Below are positions 18,560-32,198 of a DNA stretch of 64,000 nucleotides, in pieces. Under the pieces are notes generated by a model that was not told where the DNA came from, searched no databases, and was given only the letters and a program-made list of their open reading frames with translations. Every line of letters begins with the position of its first letter. Within the stretch, counting starts at the first letter, position 1. A program made the translations under genes and the position numbers. The DNA is from an uncultured delta proteobacterium (GTDB taxonomy: Bacteria; Myxococcota; UBA727; VGSZ01): contig CAVZJB010000005.1 of assembly GCA_963775425.1 (NCBI GenBank), positions 192,001 to 256,000 on the forward strand, written 5' to 3'.

Positions 18560-18733
18560 GGCGCGGGCGGGCCATCGCGCGCGGCGGGGAGCGCGAACGC
18601 GCCCCGCTGCCGCGCCGGCTTGCAAGCGCGCTCGAGCCGCCGCGCACGGCGCCCCGTCAGCGGCCCCAGCAACGGCGAGCGCGCGGGTGGGGAGCACCGC
18701 TTCGGGCATGCGCGGCGCACACCCGAGCCGTCA

Positions 18734-20551
18734 TCAGAAGACCTTCTTGCGCTTGTTGCTCGGGAGGATGCCGAGCATCTCGCGGTACTTCGCGACCGTG
18801 CGGCGGGCGATGTCGATGTTCTTGTCGGCGAGCATCTTCACGATGGCCGCGTCGGAGAGGGGGCGCTTGACGTCCTCGGCGGCGATGATGCGCTTGATCT
18901 CGTCCTTCACCGCCTCGGACGCGATGTTGGCGCCGTCGCCGGTGTTGATGCTCGAGTTGAAGAAGTACTTGAGCTCGTACACGCCGCGGGGCGTGTGCAT
19001 GTACTTCCGTGACGTCACGCGTGAGACGGTGGACTCGTGCATCTCGATGTCGTCCGCCACCTCCTTGAGGATGAGCGGCCGCAGCGGGCCGGAGCCCTCG
19101 AACCAATCGCGCTGGTGCTTGAGGATGCTCTCGACGACCCGGTAGATGGTGCGCTGGCGTTGGTGGATGGACCGGATGAGCCACGTCGCCGAGCGCATCT
19201 TGTCCTTGATGTAGCTGCGCGACGGATCGGCAGGCAGCCGCTGCCCCGCCGCCCGCTGCGCCTGCGCCTCGCGGATCTTGTCGAGGTAGAAGCGCGACAT
19301 CTTGAGCTTGGGCAGGCCGTCTTCGTTGAGCGAGATGATGAGCTCTTCGCCGAGCCGGTACACGTAGACGTCGGGCGTGATGTACTGCGAGTCCGGCATC
19401 GTACCTTGCGCGATGAAGTTGCGCGCGGGCCGGGGCTCGAGCTGCTCGACGATCTTCATCGCCTCGCCGACGTCTTCGAGCGTGCACTTGCAGTTGCGGG
19501 CGATGGCCGAGAAGTTGTGCTTCTCGGCGTCCTTCATGTGCGTGTCGACGATCTGCCACACGAGGCACTCGTCGTCGTAGCCCCAGACGTCGAGCTGCGC
19601 GAGCAGGCACTCCCGCAGGTCGCGCGCGAGCACGCCGACGGGATCCATGTGCATCACCCGCCGGCGGACGTTGTCGACCCACTCCACGGGCACGTCGAGC
19701 TCGCGGCCGACGATCTCCACCGCGTCGACGCGCTCGCCGTCGCCGGAGGGCTCGGGCCCGTCGGCGAGCAGGTCCGGCTCCGGCTCGTCCGCGCCGAGGT
19801 CGGCGAGCTCGGGCGTCGCGGGGCCGTCGGCGAGCAACGGCTCTTCCCCGTGGCCGTTGGCTGCGCCGCGACCGTCGTGGGCGACGTGCGCGCCGGCGGC
19901 GCCGCTTCGGTCCGCGCCGTTGTTGTCTGCGGTCTTGTCTGCGCCGTTGTTGCCGGCGCTGTTGTTGCCGGCGCTTTTGTTGCCGGCGCCGCTTTTGTCG
20001 GCGCCGTTTTTGTCGGACGGCTGCGGGCCCGGCTGGCGGATGGGGGCCGAGTCGAGGAAGCCGTCGTCGTTCATCTCGCCGAGGAGGCGGAGGGCGATGC
20101 TCTTTTCGAGCTCGTTCATGTCGCTCATCCGGACCTGCCAGAGGATGTGCTCCTCGAGGGTCTCGGCGCGCGTGAGCGTCTGATCGATGCCGGGGAGGTC
20201 GTCGAACTGCGTGTCGCGGCCGGAGCCCGCGGCAGGGGGGAGGTAGTTGTAGCTCTCGGCGTAGCTCTCCCAGTCGATGCTCTGCTCCGGGGGCTTTTCG
20301 CCACCGTCGCTGCCGAGGTTGACCTCGGACGCGCGCTCGTCGGACTTCTTCTCGATCGGCCCTTCGCCTTCGACACCGCCGGCGCGCGGCGCGTCCTCCG
20401 GCATCTCTTCGAGCACCGGGTTGTCGATCAGCTCCTGAGCGACGGCGTCCTTGAGCTCGAGGTGGTTGAGCGTCAACAGCTTGATCGCCATCTTGAGCTG
20501 CGGCGTCATCACCAGCGATTGCTGCAGCTTGGGGACGAGCTTGAGCTCCAT
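18734..20551 (-). CDS. rpoN: RNA polymerase sigma-54 factor (605 aa, with an internal insertion)
   Basis: Region I QSLVMTPQLKMAIKLL, DPVGVLARDLRECLLAQL, HTH MHESTVSRVT and RpoN box ARRTVAKYRE. True start ATG 20551. Confidence 0.97.
   Translation of the reverse strand: MELKLVPKLQQSLVMTPQLKMAIKLLTLNHLELKDAVAQELIDNPVLEEMPEDAPRAGGVEGEGPIEKKSDERASEVNLGSDGGEKPPEQSIDWESYAESYNYLPPAAGSGRDTQFDDLPGIDQTLTRAETLEEHILWQVRMSDMNELEKSIALRLLGEMNDDGFLDSAPIRQPGPQPSDKNGADKSGAGNKSAGNNSAGNNGADKTADNNGADRSGAAGAHVAHDGRGAANGHGEEPLLADGPATPELADLGADEPEPDLLADGPEPSGDGERVDAVEIVGRELDVPVEWVDNVRRRVMHMDPVGVLARDLRECLLAQLDVWGYDDECLVWQIVDTHMKDAEKHNFSAIARNCKCTLEDVGEAMKIVEQLEPRPARNFIAQGTMPDSQYITPDVYVYRLGEELIISLNEDGLPKLKMSRFYLDKIREAQAQRAAGQRLPADPSRSYIKDKMRSATWLIRSIHQRQRTIYRVVESILKHQRDWFEGSGPLRPLILKEVADDIEMHESTVSRVTSRKYMHTPRGVYELKYFFNSSINTGDGANIASEAVKDEIKRIIAAEDVKRPLSDAAIVKMLADKNIDIARRTVAKYREMLGILPSNKRKKVF
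19900..20016. repeat. Imperfect 15-bp coding repeats inside rpoN (DKNGA/DKSGA/GNKSA/GNNSA/GNNGA...)
   Basis: Repeated GCGC(C/T)(G/T)TTGTTGCCG-like units within the rpoN insertion. Confidence 0.75.
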
Positions 20552-20558
20552 GGGGGGC

Positions 20559-20564
20559 AGTATA
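20559..20564 (-). promoter_or_regulatory. -10 hexamer TATACT for a putatively leaderless rpoN transcript
   Basis: Minus strand reads TATACT-GCCCCCC-ATG (7 nt to the start), with no SD. Confidence 0.6.
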
Positions 20565-20580
20565 AGCAAGACCCGGCCCT

Positions 20581-20596
20581 TGGCACGACCCTCGCA
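20581..20596 (+). promoter_or_regulatory. sigma54 -24/-12 element facing the OmpA gene and overlapping the rpoN -35 region
   Basis: TGGCACG-ACCC-TCGCA with GG at 20582-83 and GC at 20594-95. Confidence 0.65.
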
Positions 20597-20632
20597 GAGA
20601 ACCCCTGAACACCCGATGCAAATCCCGCCGAT

Positions 20633-22297
<1,665 letters not shown>

Positions 22298-22312
22298 GCC
22301 CAACCGGGCGGC

Positions 22313-22438
22313 GCCGCTCCCTCCGGTCGCTGATCGGCGCGGCCGCTCCCTCCGGTCGCTGATCAGCGCGGCCGCTCCCTCCGGTCGCTGATCCGCGCGG
22401 CCGCTCCCTCCGGTCGCTGATCACGTGCAGATCAGCGA
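22313..22438. repeat. Intergenic 29-bp-period tandem repeat (4 x 23-bp core) ending in a hairpin; REP-like
   Basis: GCCGCTCCCTCCGGTCGCTGATC at 22313, 22342, 22371 and 22400 with NGCGCG linkers. TCGCTGATC (22414-22422) pairs with GATCAGCGA (22430-22438). Confidence 0.9.
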
Positions 22439-22460
22439 AACGTCCGCTATATTGGATGCC

Positions 22461-22898
22461 ATGCACACGCATTGGCCTTGGTGGCTCGGAGCGCTTTCCC
22501 TTGCGGCGATCGCCGTGGGCTACGTCCTGTTCACGGGCCGGGGGCTGGGCGTCTCCGGGCACCTGGGGCGGGTCCTCTCAGGTGACGGACGCGCGTCCAG
22601 CGCCCTGTTCCTGGGCGGCCTGGTGCTCGGGGGCCTGGTGGCCGCCGGCGGCGTCCCCGCCGCGCACGACATCGGCGCCACGTACGTGCACTTCTTCGGC
22701 CGCGGCCTCGGCGCGCTCGCCGTCCTCGGCGGCGGGGGCGTCCTCGTCGGCTTCGGCACCGCGCTCGCCGGCGGCTGCACCTCCGGCCACGGCCTCGTCG
22801 GCTGCGCGCGCTTGCAGCCGGGCTCCCTCGTCGCCACGGCGTGCTTCTTCGGCACCGCCGTCGCGGTCTCGTTCCTCCTGCAGGCGGTGCTGCCATGA
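22461..22898 (+). CDS. YeeE/YedE family sulfur-compound (thiosulfate) transporter subunit
   Basis: Hydrophobic, Gly-rich; motifs LGVSG and LVGFGTALAGGCTSGHG. Confidence 0.88.
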   Translation: MHTHWPWWLGALSLAAIAVGYVLFTGRGLGVSGHLGRVLSGDGRASSALFLGGLVLGGLVAAGGVPAAHDIGATYVHFFGRGLGALAVLGGGGVLVGFGTALAGGCTSGHGLVGCARLQPGSLVATACFFGTAVAVSFLLQAVLP

Positions 22899-23335
22899 CA
22901 CCTGTCGCCCGGCCTCTGCCCACCGGCGCCGCGCGCCTCGCCGCCGTCGGCGTCCTCGGCGTGCTCCTCGGCTTCTCGCTGTCGCGCATCGGCTTCACCG
23001 ACTACGACGAGCTGCACCGGATGTTCGTCTTCGCGGACCTGCGGATGTTCTTCGTCTTCGCCGGCGGCGTCGTCGCCACCGGCCTCGGCCTCGTCGCTCT
23101 TCGCCGCCACCGCGATCTCGGGCGGCGCGCGGTGAGCAAGCGCGTCGTCGTAGGCGGCGTGCTCTTCGGCCTCGGCTGGGCCGTCGCCGGCGCGTGCCCC
23201 GGCGTCGCGTTCGCGCAGATCGGCGAGGGCAAGCTCTTCGCCGTCGTCACCGTCGCCGGCATGTTCGCCGGCGCCGCGCTCGCCCGCCGCGTCCTCAAGC
23301 GCCGCGCGCTCGCCCAGGCCGGCGACGCCTGTTGA
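22895..23335 (+). CDS. YeeE/YedE family membrane protein (second half-transporter)
   Basis: GGVLFGLGWAVAGACPG motif; ATGA overlap with the upstream gene. Confidence 0.88.
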   Translation: MTPVARPLPTGAARLAAVGVLGVLLGFSLSRIGFTDYDELHRMFVFADLRMFFVFAGGVVATGLGLVALRRHRDLGRRAVSKRVVVGGVLFGLGWAVAGACPGVAFAQIGEGKLFAVVTVAGMFAGAALARRVLKRRALAQAGDAC

Positions 23336-23366
23336 CCCTCGCCGGGGCGGGCGGGATGACGACGTC

Positions 23367-23660
23367 ATGGCGGCGATGCAGCTCCTCGTGCGCGGGGATG
23401 TGCAGAGGGTCGGCTACCGCGCGTGGTGTCGGCGCACCGCGCGGGAGCTCGGCCTGAGCGGCTTCGTGCGCAACCTCGACGACGGCCGCGTCGAGGTCTT
23501 CGCGGAAGGCGACCCGGGCGCCCTCGACGCCCTCGCCGGCGCCTGCCGGACGGGCCCGCCCCACGCCCGCGTCGACGACGTCGCGCGCGCGCCGCGCGAG
23601 CCCCGCGGGCTGTCGGGCTTCCTGCACGCCGACGACGCGGCGGCGCCCGACGCGCGGTGA
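23367..23660 (+). CDS. acyP: Acylphosphatase
   Basis: VRGDVQRVGYR and GFVRNLDDGRVEVFAEG, with catalytic Arg and Asn present. Confidence 0.88.
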   Translation: MAAMQLLVRGDVQRVGYRAWCRRTARELGLSGFVRNLDDGRVEVFAEGDPGALDALAGACRTGPPHARVDDVARAPREPRGLSGFLHADDAAAPDAR

Positions 23661-23810
23661 GCGCACATCTCCGGCGTCGCTTGGCAGCCACGGGGTGACG
23701 CGGGACGCACCGCCTCCTCCCGTCGGCCGATACCCAGGGGGACAACCCCACCCACACCTGGGGCGAGATCATCCCTTTGCATGGGCAATTTCGGCAGGCA
23801 GGATCACGGC

Positions 23811-26594
23811 ATGCGCTCTCTTCCCACCCCCTCGCGCCAGGCCCTCGCGGGCGTCGCCCTCATGGCCGCGCTCGGGGCTCCCACGGCCCGGGCGCAGGCG
23901 TTCTCGGGCGTGCCGCTCGCGCCGGTCGTCCAGGCGCGCGGCCCGTTCAAACACGTCGTCGTCGGCGCGTCGGTGGTCAAGCCGGACGCCACCGTCGCCG
24001 CGTCGGCGGGCGGCGTCGTCGACATCGCCGACGGCTCACTGCCCGCGCTCGGCGCCCTGTTCTGGTGGGGCTCCACCGCCGACGGGCAGCCCGATCGCCA
24101 GGTGAGCTTCCGCCTCCCCGACGGCACCTCGCTGTCGCTCAACGCGGCCGACCCCACGCCCAACGATCCCGGCGGCTCCGCGCAGAACCCCGCGGACCCC
24201 AACGGCCTCACCGCCGACAGCGATGATCCCTGCTTCACCATCGACAGCGCCGGCGACGGCACCGGCTTCCAGTACTTCCAGTGCGCCCTCGACATCACCG
24301 ACGCGCTCGCGGCGCAGGCGACGCTCGACGGCGAGTACGTGATCTCGGGTCTGTCGCCCAACGTCGGCGCGCCGCACTTCACGGCCAACGATCAGTGCGG
24401 CACCGGCACGCAGGCCTGCAGCGTCTACGCGGGCGCGTTCGCGCTCGCCATCCTCTACGTCGATCCCGCCGACCCGTCGCCGCGGGTGGTGCAGCTCGCC
24501 AACGGCCTCGTGTTCACCCAGCAGCTCGGCAACAACGCCTCCATCGCGCTGCCGCCGTTCGAGATGTCCAACAACGGCGGCGAGGCCACCATCGTCGCGC
24601 TCGAGGGGGACGTCGAGTTCCCCGGCGCCGGCGCCTGCAACGCCAACGCGGACCCCAAGGACCTCGTGGACGTCCTCGACGGCAACGGGCTGCCCGTCTG
24701 CGATATCTTCGCCTTCTGCGACAACACGCGGGACCCGGCCTGCGTGCAGAGCGGCACCTGCGGCCAGGCCGGGCGCGGCACGTGCGCCAGTGACATCAGC
24801 AGCTGCAGCTCACCAAGAGCGACATCCGCGACCACGCTCGCCAACGCAGCCAACCCACCGGGCAACATGTTCAACGAGACCGTCTCGACCGAGCTCGGCA
24901 ACGAGGTCAGCGGCGTCGACGCCAACGAGCGCAACAGCCTCGACATCGACACGTTCGCGCTGCGCGGCCAGGACACCTGCAACAGCACCGTCGGCTGCGT
25001 GAACAACGGCGTGCACGACAACTTCGTGATGGGCATCCAGTCCGGCGGCGACGCCGTGCTGCTCGGCCTCGTCGTCGTCGACATCGAAGACTTCGACCGC
25101 GACGGCGACGGCCTGTCCAACATCGACGAGGAGGACGTGTTCGGCACCGACCCGGACAACCCCGACACCGACGGCGACGGCATCAAGGACGGCGCCGAGG
25201 TGCTCGGCGGAAACCCGGCCGATCCGCTCTCCAACCCCACCGACCCGCTCGATCCCGACAGCGACGGTGACGGCCTCTGCGACGGCTCCGGCAACGGCGT
25301 CGCCTGCACCGACGCGAACGGCGACGGCATCTGCGACGGCGCGTTCGCGGTCCACGTGCGCACCTGCGTCGGCGGCGAGGACCTCAACAACGACGGCCTG
25401 CTCCAGCCCGGCGAGACCAATCCGGCGAAGGCCGACACCGACGGCGACGGCCTGAGCGACGGCGTCGAGGTGCTCACCGGCAACTACCCCGGCTGCGACA
25501 CCGGCGCCTGCGTCGACGCCGACGACGGCCGCGCCGGCTTCCAGACCGATCCGCTCAACCCGGACACCGACGGCGACGGCCTGCAGGACGGCGCCGAGGA
25601 CCTCAACCACGACGGCGTGTTCAACCCCGGCGACCGCGAGACCAATCCGACGAACCCCGACACCGACTTCGGCGGCGAGAGCGACGGCTCCGAGCGGCAG
25701 AACGGCAGAAACCCCGTCGACAACCCCGCCGACGACTTCGGCCTCGACGGCGACGACGACGGCGACGGCCTGAGCAACGGCGACGAGGCCACCATCGGCA
25801 CCGACCCCGAGGACCCCGACACCGACGGCGACGGCCTCGGCGACGGCGTCGAGGTCAACGGCGTCAACCAGACCAATCCGCTGAACCCGGACACCGACGG
25901 CGACGGCCTGTGCGACGGCGACGGCACCGACCTCGACAGCGGCGACCCCGCGGTGGGCTGCAGCGGCGGCGAGGACGTGAACCTCGACGGCATCACCGAG
26001 GGCGACGAGACCAACCCGCTCGTCCCCGACACCGACGGCGACGGCCTGCTCGACGGCGCGGAGGACGCCAACCAGAACGGCACGGTCGACCCGGGCGAGA
26101 CCAATCCGCGAAACCCCGACAGCGACGGCGACGGCCTGTGCGACGGCACGGTGATCGTCGGCGACTGCATCGACGGCGAGGGGACCATCGGCACCGACCC
26201 CACCAATCCCGACACCGACGGCGACGGCATCAGCGACGGCGTCGAGGTGGGATCCAACTACCCCGGCTCCGTCGACGCCGATCCCACGCGCGACGGCTCG
26301 CAGACCGATCCGTTGAACCCCGACTCAGACGGCGACGGCATCAACGACGGCGCCGAGGACTTCAACCACGACGGCCACAAAAACGGCGGCGAGACCGATC
26401 CGACGGATCCGAACAACGGCAACATCGACGGTGACGACGGCGAGCAGGTGAACGCCCCGCCGCCCGAGGTCGAGAAGTTCATCGCCGGCTCGGCGATCTG
26501 GGCCTGCTCCTCGACCGGCCCCGAGGCCCCCGCCGTCATGGCGCTCCTCGCGCTCGGCCTGCTCTTGAGGCGCCGCCGCAAACGCTCGACGTAG
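23811..26594 (+). CDS. Cell-surface protein: N-terminal beta domain (DUF3344-like), many DTDGDG Ca-binding repeats and a MYXO-CTERM-type tail
   Basis: Signal peptide; more than 12 NPDTDGDGL(C/S)DG repeats; C-terminal WACSSTG...[14 protein letters not shown]. Start 23811 is preferred over 23781. Confidence 0.82.
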   Translation: MRSLPTPSRQALAGVALMAALGAPTARAQAFSGVPLAPVVQARGPFKHVVVGASVVKPDATVAASAGGVVDIADGSLPALGALFWWGSTADGQPDRQVSFRLPDGTSLSLNAADPTPNDPGGSAQNPADPNGLTADSDDPCFTIDSAGDGTGFQYFQCALDITDALAAQATLDGEYVISGLSPNVGAPHFTANDQCGTGTQACSVYAGAFALAILYVDPADPSPRVVQLANGLVFTQQLGNNASIALPPFEMSNNGGEATIVALEGDVEFPGAGACNANADPKDLVDVLDGNGLPVCDIFAFCDNTRDPACVQSGTCGQAGRGTCASDISSCSSPRATSATTLANAANPPGNMFNETVSTELGNEVSGVDANERNSLDIDTFALRGQDTCNSTVGCVNNGVHDNFVMGIQSGGDAVLLGLVVVDIEDFDRDGDGLSNIDEEDVFGTDPDNPDTDGDGIKDGAEVLGGNPADPLSNPTDPLDPDSDGDGLCDGSGNGVACTDANGDGICDGAFAVHVRTCVGGEDLNNDGLLQPGETNPAKADTDGDGLSDGVEVLTGNYPGCDTGACVDADDGRAGFQTDPLNPDTDGDGLQDGAEDLNHDGVFNPGDRETNPTNPDTDFGGESDGSERQNGRNPVDNPADDFGLDGDDDGDGLSNGDEATIGTDPEDPDTDGDGLGDGVEVNGVNQTNPLNPDTDGDGLCDGDGTDLDSGDPAVGCSGGEDVNLDGITEGDETNPLVPDTDGDGLLDGAEDANQNGTVDPGETNPRNPDSDGDGLCDGTVIVGDCIDGEGTIGTDPTNPDTDGDGISDGVEVGSNYPGSVDADPTRDGSQTDPLNPDSDGDGINDGAEDFNHDGHKNGGETDPTDPNNGNIDGDDGEQVNAPPPEVEKFIAGSAIWACSSTGPEAPAVMALLALGLLLRRRRKRST

Positions 26595-26691
26595 GGCGGG
26601 CCCTCGTGGCCCGCGTCGTCGCGGAGGTGCGTGCGTGTCGCACCGGCGACGGGCGCATGGACGAAGGGCGGAGATCGGCGAAAATCAGTCC

Positions 26692-28988
<2,297 letters not shown>

Positions 28989-28992
<4 letters not shown>

Positions 28993-30473
28993 GCGCGCGC
29001 GCTCGCGCGGCAGCCGTCGTTCCCCGGCTGCGCGACGGGCGCGTGCTCGTCGGCGCCCGCACGCGTCACGCGCGGAGCTGGCCGGGGACCACCGCGTTTC
29101 CCGGCGGCGCGTGCGAGGACGCCGACGACGCGCTGCCGCTCGCGTCCGGCGCGCCGGACCGGGTGCGGGCGTGCGCCCTGCGGGAGCTCGGCGAGGAGGT
29201 CGGGCTCTGGCTCCTGTGCCGGCGCGCGCCCGACGGCGGCGCGCCCCACGGCGGCGGCGCGGGGCACGGCGAGGCCGTGGAGGAGCTGGCGCGCGGGGCG
29301 CCGCTCCCGGAGGTGCTCGCGCGGCACGGCTTGGTGCTCGACGACCGCCGGCTCGTGCCGCTCCTGCTGTGGAAGACCTGGGACGGGCGCTTCGCCGTGC
29401 AGCAGTACCTGTTGCCGCTCGACGAGGAGCCCGCGCGCGGCGGCGTCGCCCTCGAGGAGCTCACGGAGGTCCGCTGGGTGTCGGCGCGCGACCTGCGCCG
29501 CGGGTGGCGCGAAGGGGAGGTCTTCCTCATCGCGCCCATCCGTCGGGTGGTGGTCGGCCTCGCGCGCGCCGACGACGAGGCTGGCGGCGCCGCCGGCGTC
29601 GACGACGTCGTGCGCGAGATCGGCAGCGAGCCCAACGCGCACGAGCGCGCGCGCGACGACCTCGTCGAAGGCGTGTGCGTGATCCCGGCGAAGTCGCCGA
29701 CGCTGCCGCCGGCGACGCATACGAACGCCGTGCTCCTCGGCGCCGGTGACGCGCTGCTCGTGGACCCGGCGACGCCGTGGCCGGAGGAGCAGGAGCGCTT
29801 CGACCGACGGCTGCAGGCGTGCCTCGGCAACCATCGCCTGCACGCCGTGGTCTGCACGCACCATCACCACGACCACGTCGGCGACGTCGCCCGCGTGGCC
29901 GAGCGCTTCGGCGTCCCCGTGTGGGCGCACAAAGAGACGCAGGCGCGCGTGGACTTCCGCGTCGACCGCCTCCTCGACGACGGCGAGGTGCTCGTGTGCC
30001 CGGGCGTCCCCGAGCGGCGCTTCAGGGTGGTCTTCACGCCGGGCCACGCGCCTGGCCACGTCTGCCTCTTCGAGGAGCACACGCGGCTGCTCGTCGCCGG
30101 CGACATGGTCGCGGGCGTCGGCTCCATCCTCATCGATCCCCCCGAGGGACACATGGCGACGTACCTCGCGTCGCTCGAGCGGCTGCGCGACCTGCACCCG
30201 CGCGCCCTGGTGCCGAGCCACGGCCCGTTGCTCGTCGACGGCACCGCGCGCCTGGAGGAGCAGCTCGCCCATCGAAGCCGGAGGCAGCACGCCGTCGAGG
30301 CCCACGTACGCGCGGGCGGCGCGTCCGTGCACGAGATCGTCCAGGCGGTGTACGGCGCGGACACGCCGCCCGGCATGTTGGCCTTCGCCGAGCGCTCGGT
30401 GCTCGCCGCGCTCGAATACGCCGCCGAGCGAGGCGTCGCCCGCGAGCACGAGGGCCGCTGGACGCCGGTCTGA
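28989..30473 (+). CDS. NUDIX hydrolase fused to a metallo-beta-lactamase-fold (LACTB2-like) hydrolase
   Basis: Nudix box FPGG...ALRELGEEVG; MBL motifs THHHHDHVG, TPGHAPGH, AGD and PSHG. Confidence 0.88.
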
Positions 30474-30494
30474 CGTTCCGCGGCGGGTGCCCCG

Positions 30495-30929
30495 TCAACC
30501 GCCTTGCAGGACGAAGCAGCCCGCAGCGAGCAGCGCCAGGAGGCAGGCGAACAGCGGGACCGACGCCGGGTTCGCGCGCAAGACGCGGGTGCCCAAGGCG
30601 CGCGGCTTCTCGGCCGCGTGCAGCGGCGGCGCCGCCCGCGGCGCGCCCCGGCGCAGCACGAGCTCGAGGACATACGAGGCAATCCCTTCGCTCTCGAGCG
30701 CCTCGGCCACCTCCCGCGCGCACCGGGCCGAGGCGCCGTGCAGGCCCGCCGCCGCGAGGTAGTTGAACAGCGGCGTGAGGTTCACCGCCCCGCTGTCGTC
30801 CGGCTGGACGAGCTGCTCGAGCAGGATCCTGCGCGCGACGCCGACGTCCACGGCCTCGCTCCACGCCGAACGGCAGAGCGCGTGCATCAGCGTCGCATCC
30901 ACCCGCGGCGGAAGAGATGCGTTGTCCAT
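30495..30929 (-). CDS. Hypothetical protein with a C-terminal TM helix
   Basis: GGGGGAA SD before ATG 30929; C-terminal VPLFACLLALLAAGCFVL. Confidence 0.6.
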   Translation of the reverse strand: MDNASLPPRVDATLMHALCRSAWSEAVDVGVARRILLEQLVQPDDSGAVNLTPLFNYLAAAGLHGASARCAREVAEALESEGIASYVLELVLRRGAPRAAPPLHAAEKPRALGTRVLRANPASVPLFACLLALLAAGCFVLQGG

Positions 30930-31175
30930 GAAGTTCCCCCTGGGCCTTGTGAACCACGCCGCGTGCCAGGCGTCACACCGCCACGGGGGCCTGGGGTGGA
31001 AGGAGCGCAGCCGCGGGACGGGTGAACGGGGGCAACACACGCAGCGACCGCGTGTCGCCCTGCACCGTCAAGATGTGATCGGGGAACGGGGCCACAACGT
31101 GGGCATGAGAATCTGCTCACTCACTCGTTCGTTGAACACGTGAGTGTGAGACGAGTGACGAAGAGGAAGAAGCCC

Positions 31176-31304
31176 ATGCAGGATGCCACCGCCCTCGAGG
31201 ACCTCGACAACGCCGCTTTGCTGCAGCTGTTCGCGGTCGCGCTCTCCAAGCTGCAGCGGCGCCGCCATCGCCCGAAGAAGCAGGGGCCGCTGCACAGGGT
31301 GTGA
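31176..31304 (+). CDS. Small 42-aa protein (below the ORF-track cutoff)
   Basis: AAGAGGAAG SD and genome-typical codons; MQDATALEDLDNAALLQLFAVALSKLQRRRHRPKKQGPLHRV. Confidence 0.5.
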   Translation: MQDATALEDLDNAALLQLFAVALSKLQRRRHRPKKQGPLHRV

Positions 31305-31352
31305 ACGGCGCGGCGTCCGCGTCGCGCACGCTGATGCATCGAGGCAGCAGGC

Positions 31353-32198
31353 TCAGGGTTTCCAGACGCGCAGCTTGTCGACGAGCGCGAGCAGGTGGGG
31401 GATCAGCTTTCCGGCTTTTTCAGCGTCGTAGCGGAGCGCCTCTTCGTCCATGTAGAGGTCGCGGTTCAGCTCCAATTGGATGGCGTGGATGCCCCGGGCC
31501 GGACGGCCGTGGCTGCGGGTGATGAAGCCGCCCATGTAGGGGTCGTTGGGGCGCACAGCGTAGCCGGCCGTCTCGAAGTGCTCGGCGACGAGCCGCGAGA
31601 TGGGCGGCGCGCAGGACGTGCCGCGGACGTCGCCGGGGACGATATCGGCGCGGCGCGCGCCCGGGTCCGCGTGGCCGGGGCGCCCCGTGGACGGCATGGA
31701 GTGGCAGTCGAGCAGCACCGCGTAGCCGAACCGGGCGCGCCGCTCCTCGAGCAGGCGGGCCAGCGACGCGTGATACGGCGTGTGCACGCGGGCGATGCGC
31801 GACTCCAGCTCCGCCTTGTGAAGCGGCCGCTTGAGCACGGCGGCGCCGTCGGTGGTCATGCGCCACACCAGCCCGCGGGCGCTCATGCCCCGCGGCGACG
31901 CCGCGCGGGCGCTGGCGACGTCGGGGCACACCTCGCGGTCGATGTCGTCGGGGGCGCGGTTCACGTCGACGACGTAGCGCGACACCAGCGCGCGCAGGAG
32001 CGGCGCGCCGTGCCGCGGGACGTCGGCGCACAGCCAATCCACGAAGAGGTCGGCGTCGCGCAGGAGCGCGGGCCCCTCGAGCGCGAGCAGCGGCAGGTCC
32101 TCGTCGGGCACCTGGGTCCCGGCGTGGGGCACGCTGACGACGAGCGGGCCGAGCTCGTCGGGTTCTGCGGGGAGGATCTCGAAGGTCGCCATGGTCAT
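31353..32198 (-). CDS. N-formylglutamate amidohydrolase family protein
   Basis: SVPHAG, SRYVVDVNR, PYH, LDCHSMPS, NDPYMGGFIT and HAIQLELNRDLY motifs. Confidence 0.92.
   Translation of the reverse strand: MTMATFEILPAEPDELGPLVVSVPHAGTQVPDEDLPLLALEGPALLRDADLFVDWLCADVPRHGAPLLRALVSRYVVDVNRAPDDIDREVCPDVASARAASPRGMSARGLVWRMTTDGAAVLKRPLHKAELESRIARVHTPYHASLARLLEERRARFGYAVLLDCHSMPSTGRPGHADPGARRADIVPGDVRGTSCAPPISRLVAEHFETAGYAVRPNDPYMGGFITRSHGRPARGIHAIQLELNRDLYMDEEALRYDAEKAGKLIPHLLALVDKLRVWKP

Noticed and set aside
22313-22422. CRISPR array
   Set aside because: The spacers are only 6 nt and nearly identical, and there are no cas genes in the window. It is a tandem repeat.
30952-30968. sigma54 promoter for the gene at 30929 (minus-strand TGGCACG-CGGC-GTGGT)
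   Set aside because: The -24 box is perfect but the -12 has GG instead of GC, which is too weak to call.
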